Under the pieces are notes generated by a model. That model made no database searches. It saw only the letters and a program-made list of their open reading frames with translations, and was not told where the DNA came from. 64,000 nt of DNA, from IMG/VR virus record IMGVR_UViG_3300012347_000104, positions 8,513 through 72,512 of that record. The stretch is one strand, 5' to 3'. The DNA is from a virus. Lineage: Duplodnaviria; Caudoviricetes. The position numbers were made by a program, and so were the translations under genes. The first letter of the stretch is position 1. Each line of letters opens with the position of its first letter. This document shows, one piece after another, positions 17,312-25,667 of the stretch.

Positions 17312-20300
17312 TTACTTGATACCAGCAATCTCACCTGTGTTCATAATACGAACCGGGATGTAGATGAATTCAGCAGCCTTAACTGGCTCGATAGCAACGT
17401 CAATCCATAACTCGTTTCTGTCGATACGAGCAGGTGTGTTGTTAGTTTCATCACATACAACCAAGTAGTCATATAGACCACGTTTAGCAACTAAGTCAAC
17501 GAATAGTGACTGTACAACTGCTGTCAATTGACCACGTGTTAATGCATCGTTTGGTTCGAATACGAACGGACGAGCAGCAACTTGTAGACGTTCACGAATG
17601 TACGCAACTAAACGTGCAACGTTAGTACGGTCCATAGCAGATTGTGTGTCTTGACTATTCTTGTTACCATAGTTCAATAGACCAACACCAGTGAAGAATG
17701 CCAATGGGTTGATTTGATTTGTGTACAATACATCACGAATACCCATTCTGTTCTTAACAGTTTGGAATTCACCTGTAGTGCTGTTAATATAACCAATGTT
17801 TGTAGCATTGTCGATATTACCACGGCGTGTACCGGCAGCAGCTAACCAAGGATAAGCAACTGTATCATTTCTGATGAAAGTGCGCAACATCATGTGTGAT
17901 GCTGGGACAACTGCTGCTGCACCTGTTGTATCACTTGTGATACCGCTTGGGTAGAAGATACCTAAGTATTGGTCACGTGAAACTAAACCGTCTTCACCAG
18001 TACCTGTTGCGCCTGCTGCGTTAGTAGCCCAGTTAGTCAACTGTGTTGCTTGGTCTTCTAAACGCAATGGTGTGTCACCGATAATGTACGCAGTGTTGTT
18101 GCGCTCATTGTTTAGACCAACCATATCAGGTTGCAACTCTGGGTAACCAGGAGTTACGATTAAGTTGAAGAATGAGTCTTCTTCACGGATACTCATGTTA
18201 GTACCGATAGCTGCCTTCAATGATTGAACAACCATGTTACGCTGAGCCTTACGACCCATGTAAGCAGAACCGTTAGCCTTCAAGCCACTAGCTGATACCC
18301 AAGTATATGAGTATGTTGGCATAGAACCATTTGGATACTTTGCACGAGTAAAGTAGTTACGTGTAAACTTCTTAACGTTGTAACCTGAACGGCGTGTGTT
18401 GAACAAAATCATACCTTGTGGGTACAATGTTGCGTCAGGTGCATCTAAGTCTAAGTAGTTGCTAGTAACCAAATCAGCAATAGTTGATAACGGATCATTT
18501 ACTGGATCAACTGAACCAGATGTTCCCCAACGTGCGTCAGCAAACAAGATACCCTTTGAAGTTGTTTGGTCTGTATTGTCGATTGACACCCATTGCGGTA
18601 CTGTATCTAAGATTTCCCAACGTGATAACGCTGGATAATTTTCTAAGTCAGCACTATTCAACCAGATATCACCCGGAACTAAGTCAGAGCCAGATAGCTG
18701 TGTTGTTGGTGCGACTGCGCTTACGATTACGCCGTTAGGATCAGTGTCATTGGAAACACCGAATGCAGGGAAACCAAAGTCATCATAACCTACGTTACAA
18801 TAACCTTTCCATACACCACCTTGGTTAATCATAATGTCAACTTGAGATGGAGTTGAGTAATACCATGATGTACCATTCGCTGGCAATGATGCAGGAGCAC
18901 CTTCATTTGAAGTGTAGCTTAATAGTTCCCAATTTGACAATCCTAGAATAGAAAGATTCTTAGGGATACCAGATGAGAATACTAATCCAGTAATTTCACC
19001 TGCATTTACTGACTGAACTCTCAATACTAAATTATTAGCAGACGTGCCGCCTAATTGAGTGCCCGAGAATGTTAACGTGTCACCAACTGCGAAGTTTGTA
19101 CCACCAGAAACAATACTGAACGTGTAACTAGTTCCTAAATTCACAATGCGAATATTAGCATTTGCGCCAGTATCAGTTGTGTATGTAGCGTTTTGCGCAA
19201 TGACAGGTTCCGTAAGAGCAGGAATTCCATTTATACCAGCAATGAATCCTAATTCTTCCAAAGCACCGTTGCTTTGTCCGGTTACTTCTCGGTCAGACAA
19301 GTATATTTCTCCACCTAATGTGTGAGTCAATACGATTTCACCTGAAGAAGCAACTTCAGCCGTAGTATACGGGATATTCATTGATTGCCAAGCAGTTACG
19401 AAATCTTCAGCGTTACCTGTACAATTAATTGTATATTTAGGTAATTCTGCTGGATTTGAAATATTAGTCAATGAAGCCGAAACAAGAATTGCCTTAGACG
19501 ATGAGAACGAAACGTTTGTGTTAGTGCCTCTTACAACTGTTGCACCTGTTGTTTTTCTCTTATACCAAGATAAACTTGCAATATTCAATGTTCCAGCATA
19601 ATTAGGAGTACCGTAATAAGTACCAATAATAGTTCCTGAAGGAATATTCTTACCGCCTGTGCTGTCTAAAGAGCAAATTGCCTCAAGTGCAGTTGGGAAT
19701 AAGTTTGTAGGTACGCTTGTGTAAGTAGCTAGATTTGAATCATACTTTGAAAACAATACATTCATACCTGATCCAGCAATGCTCGTCTTAATCCAAACAG
19801 ACCCAGTTGGGTGAGGATATTGTTGACTTGCTGACCACAATGGCATGTTTGCGCTAGTACCAATAGATACGTCTGGTGAGTATACTGGTGTAGCAGTTGG
19901 GATACCACCTAATTGCTCTAACGGAGTACCTGTACCATCAGTGAACTGGATATATGTGTTTTGGTGCTTTCCGCAATAGTAAATGTTCAATTTACCTGAA
20001 ATAACGTCAGCAGCAATGTCGCTGTCACCCAAACCATTAATTGAGTTTTTGATGTCATTTAATGTTGAACCAGAGTTAATTGTAACAACGTGAGTAACGC
20101 CTGTAACAGGAATTGTCATCGAGAATGTACCAGGAACTACTGTGCTGCTACTTGATTGTACTGTAGGAATTGATTTCTTCCATTCACGTGATCCGATTTC
20201 GACCCATGTATTTTCAGTATTCTTATAGAAATATGTACCTGCAGTGTAAGGACCATCAACAATGTTGTCTGGGATAATCGCATAAGAACCGATAGATCCA

Positions 20301-20839
20301 ATACTGTCTTTAGGAAAACCATCAACCATCTGTGATGCTTCTGTAACTACGATAGGTGTCTTGTTTGTGAACTTACCTGTAGTAGCATTGAATTCGTAGA
20401 TACCCCATGTTGAGTTAGTTGTGTCTAACCAATATGTACCGTCAGTTGGTTCACCTACTGGACGAGCTAATGTACCAACTAATGAACCTAAGTCAACGTC
20501 AGCACGTAACACATACGCACGATTTGTTACACCTAAAACAGAGTAAGCAGCCATTAGACCGTATTCGTTTAGTTCGTAACCGTGAATTGGTGTACCATTT
20601 GAAGTCTTGTAGAAGAATGGTGAACCGAACAATGTTGTCAAGTCACGTTGGCTTGTCAACAACTGTAATTTGTTAGCATTTGCCGCTGTTGTTGCTGCTG
20701 CAACTCCGGTGCCTGCACCGTTAATTTTATTTTGTGCAGTTGCCACTACAATTAGCGGAACTGATGAGGATGCTCCTGGCAAGTATTGACTTTCATCGAT
20801 GATACTTACTGAGACTCCTGGTGACACTAAATTTGCCAT
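17312..20839 (-). CDS. gp18: Tail sheath protein, enlarged (1175 aa)
   Basis: N-terminal LVSPGVSVSIIDES; C-terminal NQINPL, GNK, DRTNVARLV, FVFEPND, VVCDETNNTPARIDRNELWIDVAIEPVKAAEFIYIP. Confidence 0.95.
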   Translation of the reverse strand: MANLVSPGVSVSIIDESQYLPGASSSVPLIVVATAQNKINGAGTGVAAATTAANANKLQLLTSQRDLTTLFGSPFFYKTSNGTPIHGYELNEYGLMAAYSVLGVTNRAYVLRADVDLGSLVGTLARPVGEPTDGTYWLDTTNSTWGIYEFNATTGKFTNKTPIVVTEASQMVDGFPKDSIGSIGSYAIIPDNIVDGPYTAGTYFYKNTENTWVEIGSREWKKSIPTVQSSSSTVVPGTFSMTIPVTGVTHVVTINSGSTLNDIKNSINGLGDSDIAADVISGKLNIYYCGKHQNTYIQFTDGTGTPLEQLGGIPTATPVYSPDVSIGTSANMPLWSASQQYPHPTGSVWIKTSIAGSGMNVLFSKYDSNLATYTSVPTNLFPTALEAICSLDSTGGKNIPSGTIIGTYYGTPNYAGTLNIASLSWYKRKTTGATVVRGTNTNVSFSSSKAILVSASLTNISNPAELPKYTINCTGNAEDFVTAWQSMNIPYTTAEVASSGEIVLTHTLGGEIYLSDREVTGQSNGALEELGFIAGINGIPALTEPVIAQNATYTTDTGANANIRIVNLGTSYTFSIVSGGTNFAVGDTLTFSGTQLGGTSANNLVLRVQSVNAGEITGLVFSSGIPKNLSILGLSNWELLSYTSNEGAPASLPANGTSWYYSTPSQVDIMINQGGVWKGYCNVGYDDFGFPAFGVSNDTDPNGVIVSAVAPTTQLSGSDLVPGDIWLNSADLENYPALSRWEILDTVPQWVSIDNTDQTTSKGILFADARWGTSGSVDPVNDPLSTIADLVTSNYLDLDAPDATLYPQGMILFNTRRSGYNVKKFTRNYFTRAKYPNGSMPTYSYTWVSASGLKANGSAYMGRKAQRNMVVQSLKAAIGTNMSIREEDSFFNLIVTPGYPELQPDMVGLNNERNNTAYIIGDTPLRLEDQATQLTNWATNAAGATGTGEDGLVSRDQYLGIFYPSGITSDTTGAAAVVPASHMMLRTFIRNDTVAYPWLAAAGTRRGNIDNATNIGYINSTTGEFQTVKNRMGIRDVLYTNQINPLAFFTGVGLLNYGNKNSQDTQSAMDRTNVARLVAYIRERLQVAARPFVFEPNDALTRGQLTAVVQSLFVDLVAKRGLYDYLVVCDETNNTPARIDRNELWIDVAIEPVKAAEFIYIPVRIMNTGEIAGIK

Positions 20840-20961
20840 TTTGTTTTCCTTTTATGTTATGATTTTGAGGGTTAACGCCCTAGTCGTATTAATATTTAGC
20901 GAAAATATATAAAAAGAGTCAATAAGCGTGCCTTCGAAGGTTTATGTAACTAAATACATCG

Positions 20962-21303
20962 ATGAGACCGATATGCAAGACTTGTAACAAGAATCAATGT
21001 GCAGTGAACTATGTCCGTGCAGGTGTCACTCATTACCGTAGTATATGTGATGAGTGTGGGCGTAAGAAAAATAAGCTGAAACCAAGAAAACCCTCTTGGC
21101 AAAAGAGTGGATACAAGAAAAAAGCCACATGTGACCTATGTGGCTTTAAGAGTTTATTTACTAGTCAAATCACAGTCTTTCATGTAGACGGTGATTTGGG
21201 TAATACTCAATTAGCTAACCTTCGTTCCATATGTCTTAACTGCGTAGAAGTAGTTAAGAAGAAAGAGGTTAACTGGCGTCGGGGTGATTTAGAAGTTGAC
21301 TGA
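20962..21303 (+). CDS. Cys-rich zinc-binding protein with degenerate HNH motif
   Basis: Four CxxC pairs; VFHVDGD..N..LANLRSICLNC; TAAATA 5 nt upstream. Confidence 0.7.
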   Translation: MRPICKTCNKNQCAVNYVRAGVTHYRSICDECGRKKNKLKPRKPSWQKSGYKKKATCDLCGFKSLFTSQITVFHVDGDLGNTQLANLRSICLNCVEVVKKKEVNWRRGDLEVD

Positions 21304-21913
21304 CTTTTACGCTTAGGTCATCAATCGTTCCGTTGTTGTCAATGTACAAGTCGTACTTCAACCCTACACTTGAGTACTCACTAGCATGGATATTCAGTCT
21401 GTCTAATTTTGTTTTACTGACTGACCACTGACTGTTCCCGTCAGGACCTCTATTGTATGCTTCTGCTGCATCATACCATTCAGGCTGTTCTCCACGATTA
21501 ACTCTAACTGTGATACCACCTGCAGCCTTAATTGCTTTAACCTCGTTGGGGAAACGACAGTCTGTAATAACTACATCGTCTGTACTTTGACGTAGTTTGT
21601 TCTCAACACTAGCAATCCAGATATCATCGTGAAATGACTTGCGGCAAACTTCAGTGCCCCATTGTTGCAGTACGTATCTAGGGGTGATATCTAACCCTAG
21701 TCTATTACTCCACCATTCGTCTTTTTGTTCTCGCCAAATTCTACTATTTTTTGTAGTACCCTCAAGCATTTCTCTGTCCCAACCAAAGACTGCTGACACT
21801 GCATCTTTTAGACTGGCTGCAAACGAAATGCGTTTGAATTTGTGGTTCGTCACTAACAAGTCAGCAATTGTGTCTTTGCCGCTACCTATAAATCCAGTTA
21901 CACCGATAATCAT
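21269..21913 (-). CDS. Deoxynucleoside monophosphate kinase
   Basis: IIGVTGFIGSGKDT, SFAASLKD, PR.VLQ.WGTE, VVITDCRFPNE motifs (T4 gp1-like). Confidence 0.9.
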   Translation of the reverse strand: MIIGVTGFIGSGKDTIADLLVTNHKFKRISFAASLKDAVSAVFGWDREMLEGTTKNSRIWREQKDEWWSNRLGLDITPRYVLQQWGTEVCRKSFHDDIWIASVENKLRQSTDDVVITDCRFPNEVKAIKAAGGITVRVNRGEQPEWYDAAEAYNRGPDGNSQWSVSKTKLDRLNIHASEYSSVGLKYDLYIDNNGTIDDLSVKVSQLLNHPDAS

Positions 21914-21974
21914 ATTAAAAAGCCCTCGTAATACTTATTATATTACAAGGGCGTGACAATAAAAAGAGTTTAGG

Positions 21975-22730
21975 TTAGCCTTGTACCCAAGTCAATGGTT
22001 GACTGTAATCTACATAACGCTTTAAGTCTTCTAATAGTGTAGCTTGCATCTCTTTAGATTCATTCTTTAGTGATGCACCATTCAATGTAGTACCACCGTT
22101 AGGTCCTGCGATACTAGCAAACTTTTCACGTGCTTCGCCTAATGTAGACTTCAACACGCTAAGAGTCCAGTCACCAATCCAAACGCCTGCACCCGGATCT
22201 TGTAATAGCTCTGATTCAGGGCGTTGGGTGTCCGCCCAAATAAGGATCTTCTCACCGCTTGCTTTAACATCTCTAACTAATCGTAGTTGTTTTGTGACAG
22301 GGTTGAATGTGTAAACAATGTAACCACCGAACATACGTGCTGCCAATTCAATGTATCCTGCATACATATCGTATGTTGCTAAACCACCTGAATAGTTATA
22401 GTTAAGCAAATATGTGTTTAAAATTGCTGAGGAGAACGGATCAAATGAACTGCTTGATGGACCGGTCTCTAAACCAATCGTTCTACGGAAAACTTGACGG
22501 ACATTAATAAACTCTTTAGGTAGAGTATAAATTTCTTGGTGTGCCTCTAAGGGCATTAATGTATAAGATTCCACTGTGGCATTTTGAGCCCTTTGACGAT
22601 AAACTTTAATGGCATATTGATATGCTGCTTCATAATGTTCAGGGTCTAACTCAATATCAACCATTCCCTCACCTAATCTAAGACGTAAGTTCTGGAATAA
22701 TTCTTCTTTTAATTCAATAAGGGATGACAT
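21975..22730 (-). CDS. gp13: Neck protein (T4 gp13-like)
   Basis: LRLGEGMVDIEL, GEAREKF..I.GP.GG.TLNG..L. Probable start MSSLIE at 22730 with SD GGAG (track start 22748). Confidence 0.82.
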   Translation of the reverse strand: MSSLIELKEELFQNLRLRLGEGMVDIELDPEHYEAAYQYAIKVYRQRAQNATVESYTLMPLEAHQEIYTLPKEFINVRQVFRRTIGLETGPSSSSFDPFSSAILNTYLLNYNYSGGLATYDMYAGYIELAARMFGGYIVYTFNPVTKQLRLVRDVKASGEKILIWADTQRPESELLQDPGAGVWIGDWTLSVLKSTLGEAREKFASIAGPNGGTTLNGASLKNESKEMQATLLEDLKRYVDYSQPLTWVQG

Positions 22731-22748
22731 ATATTTCTCCGGATACAT

Positions 22749-23248
22749 TATTTATCAGAAAATTCAGTGGGTTATGTCTATGGGTTTTGTGTTAGGTATG
22801 TCTCAGATATTCTTAGGCAATGGTGAGTAGATATAAAATCTACAAACCAAAAACATTCTTGAGGAACTTAGGTGATGATGAATTCAAAAATTACAGTGGA
22901 GGATTGTCTATGTCTCACTAACCCATGAAGGGAATTTGCCGTATTCGCTATTAATGACAGTACATGATTCATCAAGAAGTACTGTCTAGCCCGGGCCCTC
23001 TATCACAATTACTATGACCCGGCAAACTATCAACTATTAAGATATGGGAAACGTTTCTACGCAGAGGGTAGACGTTTAAGCATCAGGTGGTAGTCCCATA
23101 AATATGCGTTGGTCACGCTTCTACCGTCACACCACAATGAGGACGGGATATCGCCGCAGTTTGAGGTCGCGGTTTACCTATAGACCAATAATCTTTTACT
23201 TAACTCGCAATGTTGTGCTAAAAATCACACTACATTGCGAGGATTGTA
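22749..23248 (-). ncRNA. Candidate structured non-coding RNA (unassigned family)
   Basis: 500-nt gap in an otherwise gap-free genome, with at least seven nested or adjacent stems; G-U pairs favour the minus strand. Confidence 0.45.
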
Positions 23249-23686
23249 TTACAAATCGCCTGCTTGACGATTCTCTGAATAATGTGCGTCAAACGAACCA
23301 CCTGGATAGCGTGATTCTAGTTTACGAACGTTTTCATCAATGACTTCGTTAGGGTCTAGTCGAAGTGCCCTGCAGGCATTAATCCAGTACCACATAACGT
23401 CACCGAGTTCACGTTTCATGTGGAAGACTTCATCATCCGACAGACGTTTACCTTGAAAAATGATTTTCTTGGGAACCTCAATGAATTCACCTGCTTCGGC
23501 TGCTAATCCCATACAAGCTGTAATCAACAATGGCACATTCACATCCGGACCGTGTCGTTGTGTCACCTCATCAAAATTACCATCTAGCTCATCTAGACGA
23601 TTCATAAATGTCGTCAAGTCATTACTTGGCTTACTTGTTACAGCCTCTACAAAATCTTTGTACTTGTTTAAATCAATCTTACTCAA
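23249..23686 (-). CDS. mazG: MazG-like nucleotide pyrophosphohydrolase
   Basis: GLAAEAGEFIEVPKK and ELGDVMWY, N..KLESRYP. Confidence 0.88.
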   Translation of the reverse strand: MSKIDLNKYKDFVEAVTSKPSNDLTTFMNRLDELDGNFDEVTQRHGPDVNVPLLITACMGLAAEAGEFIEVPKKIIFQGKRLSDDEVFHMKRELGDVMWYWINACRALRLDPNEVIDENVRKLESRYPGGSFDAHYSENRQAGDL

Positions 23687-23925
23687 ATGGGTTCCCCTTT
23701 ATAAACTTTAAATAACACATCACCGGCAGCCTTGTCAAAAGTACTGCCCCAATCGGCGATAGTTTGCATATCTTCTTTTTCGTCATATCCGTTACCTACA
23801 CCAATGTAGTATTTGTAATCGGCGTCACCTGTTTGACGATATAGTGACACTTCTTCATCTTCGATGTATTGAACGATACCAATAGTCTTTCGTCCACTAA
23901 ACCAACGTACACCTAAAATTTTCAT
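23683..23925 (-). CDS. Hypothetical protein
   Basis: 80-aa ORF, SD AGGAG, ATGA overlap with mazG. Confidence 0.75.
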   Translation of the reverse strand: MKILGVRWFSGRKTIGIVQYIEDEEVSLYRQTGDADYKYYIGVGNGYDEKEDMQTIADWGSTFDKAAGDVLFKVYKGEPI

Positions 23926-23951
23926 TCTTCAACTCCTAAATATTGTTTAGA

Positions 23952-24245
23952 TTATAGATTATAGAACGGCCATTTTACTCTAAGAAAGGCTCGGTCTGCG
24001 TCAGACAAATGACTTACTACTAAACCTGTTTCAGTTTCGGTAACAGTTAACCACCTGTGCTCATGCCCGCCGCCCGTTGCTGTTTTGTCTTCAAATGCAG
24101 TATAGTAACGAACCCATTGTCTTTGCTCGTTTTTAATTTTAAGGTCACGATTCCATTTTTGTTTGTGTAGACTAGCATACGCATGACGGAAGTCTGGCCA
24201 GAACTCGTCTATTGCCACTAGACAATCATTATTAGTGACTTTCAT
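23952..24245 (-). CDS. Hypothetical protein
   Basis: 97-aa ORF, SD AGGAG. Confidence 0.7.
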   Translation of the reverse strand: MKVTNNDCLVAIDEFWPDFRHAYASLHKQKWNRDLKIKNEQRQWVRYYTAFEDKTATGGGHEHRWLTVTETETGLVVSHLSDADRAFLRVKWPFYNL

Positions 24246-24370
24246 TTTTCAACTCCTAGCTTAATCAACGACCCGTTTGCCGCATGTGCCGGCTTAGGAA
24301 AGTCAGTTAAATTGATGTATATCGCTACAAGCATACAGGCAATAACAATACCATCAATTATTTTTCTCAT
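24242..24370 (-). CDS. Small putative membrane/exported peptide (42 aa)
   Basis: Hand-translated MRKIIDGIVIACMLVAIYINLTDFPKPAHAANGSLIKLGVEK; fills the gap exactly, overlapping neighbours at both ends. Confidence 0.65.
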   Translation of the reverse strand: MRKIIDGIVIACMLVAIYINLTDFPKPAHAANGSLIKLGVEK

Positions 24371-25563
24371 TAGAATGCCTTCAGAATAATCATGTTCTCA
24401 TTGAATCGACCGTTAGGTACTGTACCGACCGCTTTAATCTCTTTAAAGTATTTCCTCGCGGCGGGCTTAGAACCCATGACTTCCTTAATTTGTTCGCCAG
24501 GCTTTCGTAGAGTTTTGATTTCGGAATTATTTGTGTCAAAACCGAGTAAAGCATTGCCCTTGACTGTGAAAGACTTGGAGTATTCGTCAGCAATATAGTG
24601 GTGTAATTTACGCTTGGCTGTGTCATAGACCCATGCTTCGCTTGCTCCGTGCAACTTAGTTGGGTGAACTGAGATAAGCTCAATTTTATTAGCCGCATCT
24701 TTGAATTCTTTCAAGTACTTCAACTTAGAAACAATCTTTTCAACTGGAACAGCTTTCTTCTTACGAGGAGACTTGCTGGCTTTCTTAACTGAGACATAGC
24801 TATTCAGGTCACTAATAACTTGCTCAATGAACTTGATAATGTTCTTAACTTGAGTCTTGCCTAAGAAACTGTATGCCTCGACCAACAATGGGTCTTTTGC
24901 GTCTTGGACAGCTTCAAACTCTTTTAATTTCTTCTTCCACACATCAGTAAGAATTGAAATATGCTGAGGCATGACACTACGCTTTGCAACTTCGTCAATC
25001 ACTTTGACTGTGTAGCCAGCTTTCGCACCAGCTAGAATCATCTCGTCAAAAAAGCCTTCAAGTTCGCCCTGCGCATCACGGGCTTTTTCTTTCATAATTT
25101 CTTGAATGTTGGGGCGATTCGACACCTCAACTTCGACTTCTTTCTTAGCACCGGAAATCTGACTTACATGCACTTCTGGCTTGAGTACAGCCTGTAGCAA
25201 ACGTGCGATTTCGTTTTCTAAGGTCAATTCTTCGTGTTCGTTCAACTCTAGTCCACGCATATTCATACGTGCAAGCCAGCACAAAGTCATCAAAACTTCT
25301 GATTCAGGCACCTTGCGAATCTGCTTTGCTTCGTCTTTGCGGTCTTGTTGATCCAAATACAAAGCCAGCAATTCTTTAGCATCTTTTTTGCCATAGAAAC
25401 GATTATACCACGTGAAACCTCGGGTCAATGCAACTGTGCGCTCACCTGCTTCGGGTTGCAATGGGAAGAAGGGTTCTTCACCCAAGTACTTCTGATCCAC
25501 ATCACGTGGATTCAATGCTTTAACAAAGTGGTCACCTGTCATTTTGGGTTTGCGTGTCGCCAT
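24370..25563 (-). CDS. Hypothetical early protein (397 aa)
   Basis: Long ORF with SD AGGAG and a perfect sigma70 promoter; no recognisable motif. Confidence 0.85.
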   Translation of the reverse strand: MATRKPKMTGDHFVKALNPRDVDQKYLGEEPFFPLQPEAGERTVALTRGFTWYNRFYGKKDAKELLALYLDQQDRKDEAKQIRKVPESEVLMTLCWLARMNMRGLELNEHEELTLENEIARLLQAVLKPEVHVSQISGAKKEVEVEVSNRPNIQEIMKEKARDAQGELEGFFDEMILAGAKAGYTVKVIDEVAKRSVMPQHISILTDVWKKKLKEFEAVQDAKDPLLVEAYSFLGKTQVKNIIKFIEQVISDLNSYVSVKKASKSPRKKKAVPVEKIVSKLKYLKEFKDAANKIELISVHPTKLHGASEAWVYDTAKRKLHHYIADEYSKSFTVKGNALLGFDTNNSEIKTLRKPGEQIKEVMGSKPAARKYFKEIKAVGTVPNGRFNENMIILKAF

Positions 25564-25587
25564 AGATACTCCTGTTTCAATAGTGTT

Positions 25588-25616
25588 ATTATATATCAGA
25601 TTCCATTAAATGTCAA
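25588..25616 (-). promoter_or_regulatory. Sigma70 consensus early promoter
   Basis: TTGACA-N17-TATAAT. Confidence 0.9.
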
Positions 25617-25667
25617 GTATTAAAAGGTAAAACTTTTGTCATAAATACAGAATAACTGGATTAAACC

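Noticed and set aside
22749-23248. tRNA, tmRNA, RNase P or group I/II intron, or a missed protein gene
   Set aside because: No cloverleaf/T-loop, tmRNA termini, RNase P P4 motif or intron core motifs were seen, and the region interrupts no gene. The only ORF (23104-23343, plus strand) overlaps mazG antisense and has no RBS.
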